Source: Malacoraja senta
Taxonomy: Eukaryota
Length of the DNA stretch: 64,000 nt
Assembly (NCBI GenBank): GCA_038087875.1
Contig: CM075979.1
Location: 63,612,001 to 63,676,000 of the forward strand
Direction of reading: 5' to 3'
Shown: piece after piece, positions 35,187-46,910 of the stretch
Layout of the letters: the number at the start of each line of letters is the position of its first letter
How positions within the stretch are numbered: the stretch's first letter is position 1
Made by a program: the position numbers and the translations under genes
Notes under the pieces: model-generated
Database searches by the model: none
What the model saw: only the letters and a program-made list of their open reading frames with translations
What the model was told of the DNA's origin: nothing

Positions 35187-37984
35187 CACAGACAGTGGTA
35201 AATCACTTTCAACGGATCCCTGCAGCGAGCCTTTCTACTGCTCAACCAGGATCTCAAATGATCTATACATTTCAACAAAGTATTCCAACTCAGAATATTA
35301 CAACGAAAATACAAGATCATACTGGTCTGGCACAATTACACCAAAATGCCGCTGTGACTGTTATACAAGGCAGAGCTCCAGTTAAAAGTGAAGCAGCAAG
35401 ATGCTCAGTGGTGCCGTCTTCAACCTTCAATACTCATACCCCAGCTTCAGTACCATATTCATTGACTGGAACCAACATTCCCCAGGGAACATTGATCCAA
35501 AACCATGCCACAGCAACAACACAGTCATCAGTTGCAATAACCTCTCAACAGGTACTTCACCAGCCCCAGTTCTTTCAACAGCAGCTTCCTGGTCACCAGC
35601 TCTCTATACCAATTGTATCTTCTAATCAGATGAATACCTCTGCAACACCAACTGTAACTGTGATACAACAAGCTGTCTCTCACGGTCATGCAGCAATTGA
35701 CAGAGTTCCAAATATATCAGCCAACACTGTTATTGTTACACAAGGACAATTGTTTTCGGGCACAGTACCCCACACTGTTCAGACATCCTGTCACCAGCCA
35801 AAAGCAAGTAACCAGCAAGACAACATTCTGTTGACAACTCAACACTATTCATCCACTCCCAGTCCTGCTGTTGTATCTGGTTCCGCAGTACAAAATTTCC
35901 AAGTCTCAGCAGGTCAAGTGGTTGCAATTACTGGTGTTCAAAGCTCTCCGGTCCCTAGGATGAGTTTCCAGAACATAGCACCAAAACCAACTGGCATAGC
36001 ACCACAGCATGTTCAATCTACTCTAATGCAGCAGCAGCCCCAGCAAAGTGTACACATGATTGTCAGTCAGCCAGCTTCACAGGGGCAGAATTTTGCTCCT
36101 GCGATTCATCAGATATTATTGACAAATCCAGCTTCTGTTCAAGCTGGCCAGGCTATTCATCTGGCTGGGAATGCAAATGTGACCCCATCATCCTCACCAT
36201 CTCCTGTACCTGTCAACAGCAATCAGGTACAAATGGGGTTGGTTACTCAGCCTTCCACCCCTCAAGTGCAGGGGCCGCAAACTGTGAGTAAAATGCTATC
36301 AGTGAAACGGCAGCAGCAACAACATCCCCAGAAGCAGTTCCAGATGCAGCTTCAGTCTCAGCAAACAGGTACCGGTTCCAATCAACCACCCTCTGGGGAG
36401 TCTAGTTTAATAAAACAGTTACTTCTTCCAAAAAGGGGACCCCCTACTCCTGGAGGTAAGCTTATATTACCTGCTCCTCAAATGCCTCCCCCTTCCCCTG
36501 CCAGAGCTCCTAGTCCTCAGGTAGTCTACCAAGTGACTCACAATCAGGCAGCTAATGTTGGAGTTCAAGCCCCGGGTCAACAGTTAGTAGTTGGGCAGCA
36601 AAATGTACAGCTTGTTCAAAGTCCCATCCACTCCCAGGGGTCAGTGCAAACGGTAGCAATTCCTCATATGCAGATCTTACCGGGGCAGTTGATCTCTGCT
36701 AGTAACACTGCTGCTCTTCTCCAGGGATCAACAGGGAACCAGGTAACTATAACTGTTGTGCCAAATACCACCTTTACTACTCCAGCTGGAAGTCATTGCA
36801 GTGGAACGCAGATCATAGCCCCTGCAGGAATTGCTGTTAGTGGGTCACAAGCAGGAGTCGGCCTCCAAGTGCAAACCTCTTCACCTATTGTGACGCCATT
36901 GAGTGGACAGGTAAAAACCTCAGAATCTGAAACTGTGTTCACAGGTGATAAAATTATTTGTCAGAAAGAGGAAGAAGCAAAAGATACGACAGATTTACAT
37001 CTACATGAACGTAAAATAGAAATTATGGAGAACCCTTCCTGTAGAGAGGGTGCTGCTGGTGCAACCAATGGTGGCTTAAAAGAAAATGATATGCAGGCAG
37101 CAAAACTTGTAAATGGAAAAGAACATGGTCATTCACGTCTACCTCCATCTAACTCAGGGATTGCTCAGTCTCAGCCCATGCAGTGTACATTGGCTTCAAA
37201 TGGACCTTTGTTGGGGTTAAGTCAAAATGTAGCCAATGGGAAGCTGAATGCAGAGGTGCAGGAAAGCAAAACAGATCCTTTGAAGATCCCCATGGTAAAT
37301 GGGATTTGTGATTTTGAAAAAGGGGATGGTTCACACTTAAGCAAAAACATTCCAAATCATAGAGCTTCCAAACATGTGGAAAATGGTGATATTGTTGCAC
37401 AAGAGCAATGGGGAAATAAGGACAGTAATCAGCAAAATTCTGTCAAAAGTGTTCAACCGACCAAAATGCATAATGGACCTGTTTCAGTTGGAAATTCTAG
37501 CGCTAACTTTGCAGTGGTTTCTAACTCTATCGACCAGCAAATCAGTGGTACAAACTCAGGATTATTCAATGGACCTATTTCAGCTGGCATACATTCAGAG
37601 GTGCCTCAGCTTCAGCAGTGTCCAAGTTCAGCTGTGTCTTCAGTTTCTAACTCTGCCCAGGTGCATTACTCTCCAGCTTTGCACCAATCTGGACCTATAG
37701 CTGTACATTCAGTCCAGCTTTATCAGACTCCAACAACCAATGGTTCAACTGAATGTCAACCTTTAAAAAGGTCAACTGAATGCAAAGATAATATATCAGG
37801 AATTCCAAATAAAGTGGGAGTAAGGATTGTGACTATCAGTGACCCTAACAATGCTGGTTGCAGTTCAACAATGGTGGCTGTGCCAGTTGGAGCTGATTCC
37901 AATAGTATAGCTAAAGTAGCACTCGACAGCGTAACACAGCAAAATCAACATCCATCTGTTCTTTCACAGGGAATAATTAATCAG
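35187..37984 (+). CDS. ARID2: ARID2 exon 15 equivalent (giant Q/P/S-rich exon)
   Basis: poly-T tract, tttcag| ... CAG|gtaagc, 2798 bp open; motifs FQNIAPKP, SGESSLIKQLLLPKRGPPTPGGKLILPAP, GDKIICQKEEEAKD, SGIPNKVGVRIVTISDPNNAGCS. Confidence 0.97.
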
Positions 37985-39376
37985 GTAAGCAAGGTGTGAA
38001 ATAATTGATGTGCATTTGTGTTTAATTTTGCATTTACAGATTTATGAATTTGAAAATGGGTCGAGGATCGTCCTGTCCCAATTTGTTCTAAACTTGTATT
38101 GTCGTTTCAGAATCAGACTTGGTGCACATGTAATTTATGATTGATTTTGTATAATTTTTAAATGTGTCACTGAAGAAATTCAAACTTACAGTGTATTCAA
38201 GATGTTAAAAATAATATGGGACTTGTATAAGCTTTGAAGGTATTAAGATTCCTGATAATTGTCAAATATTACATTTCTTCAAGCAAAAGGCAATGACACC
38301 ATGCCCAGGAAGTAACATCACAGAGCTTTCTGATCACATTCTTGAACATTTAGTTGTAAATTCTACTATGGAGCTTAGACAAATTATTTTTGTCTTTTCT
38401 ATGCTAGATTTAATTACCATGTTCTCATTTTCTATAAATAGGCCAAAATATATATTTGACGCAATCCAAAATAGTGTTCCCAATGCCTTTTATTTCATCT
38501 AAGACGCTTAAAATATATACTTGATGATAGTTTAAAAAAAGTTTCATATACTTTAATTGGTGTCTTTGCTTATCTAATTTATCTGCTTTAGGACCACCAT
38601 GAATAATTTGTTGTACATTTTAATTGCTCCCATCCAGGCTTGCTTTTTGGGCCCCTTGCTGCTTTTTGGCTTGGCAATTAACAATACTTTCCTTAATCAT
38701 TTATATTATTAACATGCAAGGCGTGTGTGACTTTCTTTACATGACATTTCTTTATGAAAAGTGATTTTTTAAAGAACCATTTCTTTTCAGAGACTGCTCA
38801 TTTGCCAGATTAAGATTAATGTAATGTTTAAATTGGTGTGAATTTTAGTACCGTATTTAATGTTTGAACTTTGGTATTGCTCTCAAGTGATTCAAATTCA
38901 GTGAATGATAGAAATTTCATCATAATACCAATGTTTGGATTAAATGTAACCCTACTGAGCCTAGTTTCATTATATCATACTTTATTCAGGCTTGCAACTT
39001 TCAAAATCCTTTTGAGGTAAATGGTTTTATTGAAATGGTATTATTAAATTATTTTGCAAAATCAATAGTGATTTCCATCCAAACTTTTACTTGGTCTTAA
39101 CAATGACTTTCAAGTTAAAGATTAAAAAAATATATATTTCATCACACTCGGGGGAAATTCTGGGTAAGAACCTGGATGTACTATAAGACATCCGACTCCA
39201 GCTATGATTGGCCTGAAGTTCCCATGGCACATTTTTTATCTTGTATCATTATGGTGTAGAAATGATCTTTGCTTAGGCTGGTTTAGAATGTATTGCTCAA
39301 ATTTAATTGGACTCACTGTATATTTCAGAAGTAGTAATGTGCTATTTTGATTTACAAATTATGAATGTTCCTTTAG

Positions 39377-39531
39377 TCTTCTCCTTTAGCAGTAACATCA
39401 TCAACACCAGCAGCAATCCAACAAAACAGTTTCCAGTCCCATCAGCCTCAAATTCCATCACTGCAACAAAATAGAGAGCTAACACGAAAACCAGGACAAA
39501 ATTTCATGTGCTTGTGGCAAGCCTGCAGGAG
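39377..39531 (+). CDS. ARID2: ARID2 exon 16 equivalent (start of C2H2 zinc finger)
   Basis: ttag| ... AG|gtgatg, 155 bp; ...RKPGQNFMCLWQACR(R); the two nearby AGs just downstream are out of frame. Confidence 0.9.
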
Positions 39532-39788
39532 GTGATGTACTTTTTCAATGCTTAAAAGATGATTTTATATACGTTTCTCATCAAAGACAGATTACCAAGT
39601 GGTGTGCCGTGTTGCTCTTACATTTTTTATTTAGTAAAACTTATAAACCATTCTATTGGATATACATAAGGCTAGGTTGTATAGCTCAGTCCTTCCAGTC
39701 AGTCTACCAAGTGACATTGCCTCCTTTGGGATAACTAGAATAGTCATCGTATCATTTTAAAGTAAACTAGACCCTCAACTTAGACTCA

Positions 39789-40035
39789 GTTTCGATCCTG
39801 ACTATGGGTGTTGTCTGTGCAGAGTTTATACGTTCTCCTTGTGACCGCATGGTTTTCTCCAGCTTCGGTTTCCTCGCACATTCCAAAGATTTGTACGTTG
39901 ATTGGCTTCCGTAAATTGTCCCTAGTGTTTAGAATGCGAAAGTGGGATAACATGGAACTAGTGTGTGGGTGATCAATGGTCGGCGTGGACTCGGTTGGCC
40001 GAAGGGCCTGTTTCTGCACTGTATCTCTAAACTAA
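39789..40035 (+). mobile_element. HE1-type V-SINE, 5'-truncated
   Basis: ttcgatcctgactatgggtg...gtatctctaaactaaa. Confidence 0.8.
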
Positions 40036-40439
40036 ACGAATCTGCAGTTCCTTATTTCTACTTCTTGACAACTGAAGATATGGCTCTCAGTAGTGGATTG
40101 CCACAACTTAACATGAATGGTTCCATTTCTTTCAATTAGCGACAATTTTATTTTGGAACCTTTATTCTTAGTTTCATGTATTATAATGGTTTTTGCAATC
40201 GTCTGTCCTATTTTACCAAAACATTTCATGCATAGATGAAAATCAAGTATAAATCAAGGAATTAGATAGAAAATAAATGCTATCATATTCTCACAATGTT
40301 GCTGGTACACAATGAATTCTGTCATCTGCTTAATACTGAAGAGCCCAACTAAACAAAAGAAGAACATGAAGCAGAGTGTAAATAAGGAACACTACAATCG
40401 AGTTTTGGGGAAACTAAAAGTTTTCCTTTACATTTTTAG

Positions 40440-40578
40440 ATGGTTTGATTCTCCATCCCAGGTGTATTACCATGCAGCAACTGAGCATGGAGGGAAAGAT
40501 GTGTATCCTGGGGTATGTATGTGGGAAGCATGTGAACGATTCCCACGGCAAAGATTTTCCTTCATTACACACTTACAG
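40440..40578 (+). CDS. ARID2: ARID2 exon 17 equivalent (zinc fingers)
   Basis: ttag| ... CAG|gtgggt, 139 bp; [46 protein letters not shown]. Confidence 0.96.
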
Positions 40579-40664
40579 GTGGGTATTATGTCCGAGATTT
40601 GTCACGTGTCTGTTTCTGTTTTGGAAATGAAGCTCTATGTGACATGGCCCAATTTTATATATAG

Positions 40665-40753
40665 GATAAACATTGCACAAAAGAAGCACTCCTCGCAGCC
40701 CTGAAGAAGCTTGAAGAGCAATCACACAGTGGAAACCACCAATCTTCTAACAA
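40665..40753 (+). CDS. ARID2: ARID2 exon 18 equivalent
   Basis: atag| ... AA|gtaagc, 89 bp; [29 protein letters not shown](K). Confidence 0.93.
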
Positions 40754-41109
40754 GTAAGCAGGAACCACTAGTTAAATATGGGAAAACTTAGTTTGATTTT
40801 CTTCTACAATGCGTCAGTATTAAATTCAGTTGGGATGCTAATTTAACCAATTTTAGCAACTTCAAACTGAAATATTTCCAGCTACAGCTGCGTGTTCAGC
40901 ATATTTTGCTGCCTCTTCCATTTTCTTGGTCCCAAGTCAATGATCCCCTAAAGGTCGGCTATTCTCGTCCTGAAACCATTTTGTTTTCCTGTTTCTTTTC
41001 TTTTTCTCTTCTTGTGCCCTCTCCCATTACTTTTTACCCAGTTCCACAAAATTATTGAATATTGGGCTTCCTTTCCTGCCTGCCACATATTGTAACTCAG
41101 CTTCACCAT

Positions 41110-42480
41110 CTGTTTAGTTTATTCATATGTATACTTTGACAGCCTTCCTCACAATCTTTGACCCCACCAATCTTGGTGTCATCTGCAGACATACTAACCA
41201 CCCCATCTACGTTTACATGCAAGTCATTTATTTATATCACAAACAGCAGCAGTCCCAGCACAGATCCCTGCGGAACTCCACTAGTCACAGACGTCCAGCC
41301 TGAATATTGTCTTTCAACCACAACCCGCTGTCATCTATCAGTAAGCCACTTCTGAATCCATACAACCAAGTCATTGTAAATCCCAGTCATCTTAACCACC
41401 TAGATCCGCCTACCATGGGGGACGATATCAAATGCCTTACTAAAATCCATGTAGACAACATCCACCACCCAACTCTCATTGATCCCCTTTATCACCTCCA
41501 CAAAAAACGATCAAATTAGTAAGACACGACCTGTCTTGTACAAAACCATGTTGACTGTCACTGATTAACCCAGTCTCTTCCAAATGGGAATAAATACTAT
41601 TCTGAAGAAACCTCTCCAATAGTTTCCCCATTACTGATGTGAGGCTCACTGTTTTGGATTCTCTCTACTTCACTTCTTAAATAAAGGAACAATATTAGCC
41701 ATTGCCCAGTCCTGTGGGACCTCACTTGTGGTTAGAGAAGACACAAAGATCTTCGTCAAGGCTTCCACAATCTCCTCGCCTCTAACGTGGGATAAATCCT
41801 GTCCGGTCACGGGGATTTATCCAATTTAATGCTCTTCAAGAGCACCAACACCTCCTTAATATCATAATTTCTTTAATAGTATTGGTATTCTCCACACTGA
41901 TCTCACTGTCCTCTTTGGTGAAAACATACAAGGTACTCGTATACCTCGCCTATATCACCATACTGCAAGCACAAATTCCTTCCGTTATCCTTGTGAGCTA
42001 CTACCTCCTCCCTGGTTATCTGCTTGTTTTAATATAGGTATATAAAGCTTTGGGATTGTGTTTAATCTGACTTGCCAAAGCCATTAAACAGCTCCTTTTG
42101 GCCCTTCTAATTACCCGTTTAGAGTTCATTCCTCCTTTATATCCCTTAAAGGCTCTGTCTGATTCCAACCCCTTAAAGGTTGCATCCGCTTCCTTTTTCA
42201 TTTTCACTAAATTTACCATGTCTTTGGTAATCTACGGTTCCCTTACTTTGCCATTCTTATCCATCATCCGTACTGGATCATGCAAGTTTTGAACATCTAT
42301 AATTGATCAACAGACCTTTAAACTCATGTCAGATGTGGACTTGCCCAATAACATTTGCTCCCAGTGTACCCTCCTGAACTCCTGCCTAAAAACATTGTAG
42401 TGTGTTGTACTCCAACTTAACACCTTCCAGCATTCTCTCTATTCAGAACAATTTAAAACTGATAAAATGTTGATCATTAG
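41110..42480 (-). mobile_element. CR1 LINE ORF2 fragment
   Basis: Reverse complement gives VTSGVPQGSVLGLLLFVIYINDL and ADDTKIGG; IKHNPKALYTYIK. Confidence 0.8.
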
Positions 42481-42599
42481 AGTGCCCTCCAGAGATGCTG
42501 CCTGAGCTGCTGAGTTACTCCAGCACTTTCTGTTATGTATTCTACATGAGGACAGAAATGCAATTTTGTAAACATTTTTTTAATTTGCTTTGTATCTAG

Positions 42600-42720
42600 G
42601 CAGACACCTGCTGGGGCTACTTCCACTTCTAAAGCACAGAAGACTATTGTGAATCATCCTAGTGCTGCTCTAGTGGCATTGAGGAGAGGATCAAGGAATC
42701 TTGCATTTAGAGATTATATG
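42600..42720 (+). CDS. ARID2: ARID2 exon 19 equivalent
   Basis: ctag| ... ATG|gtatgt, 121 bp; [40 protein letters not shown]. Confidence 0.95.
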
Positions 42721-42835
42721 GTATGTAAAATAAATTGGGTTAAATTTTATGTAAGAGATTAACATAATTTCCGCCATTAAAGGTAGCATATGTTCTCAGT
42801 TAAAAACAATTAACTTTCTTAATTTTTCATTCCAG

Positions 42836-42927
42836 GATGAAAAAGAAGACCCAATTACAAAACACATACGGCTAACAGCTGCCTTAATCTTAAAAAATGT
42901 TGTTAAGTATTCAGAATACGGTCGCAG
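42836..42927 (+). CDS. ARID2: ARID2 exon 20 equivalent
   Basis: ccag| ... AG|gtaaga, 92 bp; [30 protein letters not shown](R). Confidence 0.95.
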
Positions 42928-43383
42928 GTAAGAACTATTTTGCTTGTATGAAATTCTTTTGTAGGCAATGACCAGATGAGTAATTCTGTAAAGTAGTCAA
43001 GAAGTCCAGCAATTGTCTCACTTGTAAAAAGTTACAATTCTTTTCATTTGGATTTGTCAATGCTGCTCACATCTGAGAAAATGTTCTCAGGTGACGTAGA
43101 AGAAAATGTTAAAGCACCATAAGATTGAAAAGTTTGTGGAGGGTATTTTGATGTGATAATCCTGTTTTAATAAAAAATAATGGAGCTTAAGGACTATCCT
43201 GGAATACACTATTCAATTAATTTCCTAATTATGATGATGTATCTGGAGAATATGTACAACACAATGAATGTATGTTTGGTTTCTGAGAAGCACGGTAAAT
43301 AATGATGGTGACCGAGCTGGACATGTTGCTGGCAGTTCATTTCATTGCAGTTTAGAATTTATGGGGATGTTCTGTAAGCTAGG

Positions 43384-43830
43384 ATGGTACAGTGGCGCAG
43401 CTGGTAGAGCTGCCACCTCACAGCACCAGAGACATGGGTTCGATCCTGACCTTGGGTGCTGTCAATATGAAGTTTGCACGTTATCCCTGTGACCACAGGG
43501 TTTTCCTCCAGGTGCTCCAGTTTTCTCCCACTTCCCAAAGATGTGCGGGTTTGTATGTTAATTGGCCTCTTTAAATTATCCCTGATGTATAGGGAGTGGA
43601 TGCAGAAGTGTGATAACATAGAACTAGTGTAAATATTTGGATGATCGGTGTGATTTAGAGTAATTGAGTCATACAGCATGGAATCAGGTCCTTCAGCCCA
43701 ACTTACCCACACCGAAAAACATGCCTCATCTACACTAGTCCCGCTGTCTGCATCTGGCCCATATCGCTCTAAACCTATCTAAATGTTTGTACACTGTGAT
43801 AGTACTTATTAGATGTTTCTTAAACATTGT
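43384..43830. mobile_element. HE1 V-SINE (+, ~43384-43650) abutting a CR1 3' tail (-)
   Basis: tggcgcagctggtagagc, ggttcgatcc; gagtcatacagcatggaatcagg. Confidence 0.75.
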
Positions 43831-43983
43831 GATATCTCATTCAATGTGTTAAATCTCATTCAAGATTTCGGGCAGGCAGAATTATACACTTTCTGATAAG
43901 CGTAACACCATTGCAGTATATTTGAATAAGCTTAGCCAAAATAGGAATATTTAAAACATGATTTTGTTTTGTTTTTCCTGCAG

Positions 43984-44116
43984 ACTACTAAAAAGACATG
44001 AGAACCAATTGTCTGTACTAGCCCTTAGTAACATGGAAGCTTCCAGCACTCTTGCCAAATGCCTTTTCGATCTTGTCCATCTAGAACAATTACAACATCC
44101 AGAAAATAAACTTTGA
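43984..44116 (+). CDS. ARID2: ARID2 terminal coding exon (exon 21 equivalent)
   Basis: gcag|A CTA...; [46 protein letters not shown] at 44114-44116. Confidence 0.95.
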
Positions 44117-45391
44117 AAGAGTGAAATATGTATTCTGAAAATCGTTTACAGGGTTCTGAAGCAAGCAAGAAGTCTTAATGAGAAATGACCATTGTGAACA
44201 GTTTAAAAAAAAAAATCTCTTTCCGTGATGCACAGAATCTTAACATTCTGCGCTCAAATGGAGTCAACTGTTGACAAGCTTTTAATAGGAGTACCAACTG
44301 TGTGTTCAGAATCCACTACCAATTTTTTATTTAAAGTTGGAAATAATAAATTCTGAACCTGAGGAGCTACACAGAATAGCATTAAATATTTTTACCCTGC
44401 ACCCCCTATGAGCACATTTTTATATTTCAGAATTAGTGACTAAGCTGGGTTTAATAGAACAGAAATTGACACACTGGATGTAATCCCTGCCATCCAAGAG
44501 GTTGCAGTTTATTTCTAGTGATGTGCTTTCATGTTTAGAAATCAGTAGCTTGTTTTTTCATACTTGAGCCAATATATTTTCACTTATTTATTATCATATG
44601 ATCAATTGTAAATATTTGTGAATAAAATTAACCAACTTTCATGCCACTGCAATCACTGGAAACACAATGTGGTGTCACAATAGCATTATTGTTAGGGTAT
44701 AGGACTTTTTGTGTGTTTCCTGCCAATTGTAAGTAATTGTGATATACTGTCTGCAGTGGATGAATGTTCTTTAATTCTTTGTAAATAATTCTGTAATGGT
44801 ACCAATGCTGTAAAGTCAAAAAACAGTTTTGTGGAACTGATTTTTTTGTATTATACACCTTGTAGAACTCATTTGCTGGTTGAAAGAGTATGGAATAATA
44901 TATCTCATGTCATTTTGTAGAGAAAAAACTATTGAAGGTATTTTTGGTTTACCCTAACTTGGACCCACTGAAAGATATCACTTTGTACAAGCTCGGTGCT
45001 TGTACAGGATTTTTTGTATTTGTAAATTGGTTTAAATATGAGGAATTTTATACAAGTTTTTCTCCATGTATTATATTTATCTTGGGTGCAGGCATGGTAT
45101 TTTCTCCACTATTCATAATTATTTTTTTTTTCTCCAATACAATTATAGTGCAGTATTCTAGTGTTTGTTCTTCCATCTTCAATATTGTACCATATCACAT
45201 TCCTGTTCAGAACCTGTTCATGGTTATGTCCTGAATGGTGTGTTATGTGATTTTCATAACTGCCTGATGTATTAGCATCCAAAGGAGGGAACACGCTCCC
45301 ATTTCTTGCTGTGGCTGTAGAATGTGCAGTAAAGACATACAAACAGTTTTACATTAGATAACTTTAATTACTTTGACTGTTTATAGTTTTA

Positions 45392-45397
45392 AATAAA
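45392..45397 (+). terminator. Candidate ARID2 polyadenylation signal
   Basis: AATAAA followed ~12 nt later by a T/GT-rich tract; alternatives at 46262 and 46873. Confidence 0.5.
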
Positions 45398-46904
45398 AGA
45401 CTGGACACTTTTGTTTTTGTTTTCACTCATTTATTTCAAGTATATTTTATAGAAAGTGAAACAAGTAAAAAAGACTGATAATCGTGTTGCTGTCTGTTTC
45501 ATTCTTAATTAGCAGTGGAAGCTGTCCAAGAGTTAATTAGAACAAATGAAGAGTGCTTGAATTAAAGGGATCTATTTTCACTCTGCTTTGAAAAGTTTTA
45601 ACTGATGGTCCTGATAAAATATACTCTTGTTTGGATATTTATTGACAAGTGACAATGTCACGTGGTTGCTGCCACTGGCTGGGATATTATGTTTCCTATT
45701 ATTTTTAGTTACTCTTACTAGCATATTATTGCCAGTCTATTGGGAGAAGAAGCTACTTCTGCATTCTTTATTGGATTTATCAATGCTCTTCAACTTCATT
45801 CTAGCACAAAGCCAACGTGGTTGAGCATCAAACTTGCTATTTCTGCTTGTACAGAAATGTGGTTGCCTCCACAGAATATGCTTTGAAAGTTACTGTTTGT
45901 GTATCAGAATACATTTTGCTTTAATTGTGATCGACACTGTGCAGCTATTTATGGATTAGGCAGTATGTCAGACATGGCTCAATGTAGTAGGTCTGTAAGC
46001 AACTTGTTGCATTCACAGATGAAGGTCAGGCTTTTACTAAATTGTAACACCACTAGCTACTATTGAGGCAGTATTCTATTCTGATTATAACAGTGAATTA
46101 ATGGCATCAGTGTCCCATTGACGTAACACCTGTGTATTAACCACTCACAGAGAGAGCAAGTTTCACATTCTACCATTCATTGAAAAAAAAAAATTCTGCA
46201 TCCATGTTGATGGCTTTTGATTATTCTTTATAATACACTCAATCAAAACTATAGTCAGGGAAATAAATATGCTTAATGTTTTACATTGCTAGTAACATCC
46301 TTGCAAATCAACTTCATTTCACTCACTTTCCTTAACAGATTCAACCAGCTACAGCCATGTTTTCTCCACCACCTGACATCTGATGATCAACCCCTCCTTA
46401 CATGGTTCCACTTAGCACAAGCACTTGCCCCACCTCTTTCTACCAGCTTTGAAGGGCTCAGACCCAAAATGTCAACTGTCCATTTCCCTCTACAAATGCT
46501 GCTTGACATACTAAGGTCCTCTCGCATAGTTTTGCTCAAAATTCTTTGTGGGAAGTTGACATTCCAGTATTCAATGTGCCTAATATGGTCTTGCTATGGA
46601 CAATACCAGTCTAGGGTTTGTTAATCTATTTAACATTTTGTATGAGCAGAGGTTCCCCTACCAGCAGATGGTTTTTCAATATTCCAATTGCCACAGAATT
46701 TAAAAATCCTTTAAGGTTCAGAAATAGTAAACTTGAAAACAAGGTGTAACATGGTAGAGATGACTGCAGAGAGTTCTCCTACCAAATGTATGGGGAAGAT
46801 GAGCACTTGCTTAGAAATCAAGTCTGTTTGATCTAATGCCTTAGCATTAAAGGGTTCAGTGAAACATTTATAAATAAAATGTTTACAATGCAAACCAAAA
46901 GGGT

Positions 46905-46910
46905 TTTATT
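46905..46910 (-). terminator. Candidate distal SCAF11 polyadenylation signal
   Basis: TTTATT on + strand (AATAAA on -) at the end of a ~3 kb AT-rich stretch with no recognisable repeats downstream of the last SCAF11 coding exon. Confidence 0.45.

Noticed and set aside
35195-37999. 934-aa ORF as a standalone intronless gene
   Set aside because: It is ARID2 exon 15, bounded by splice sites; the GTG start and terminal stop are ORF-caller artefacts
46843-46850. Third miR-155 8mer site
   Set aside because: Lies beyond two candidate poly(A) signals and a repeat remnant, so may not be in the ARID2 mRNA
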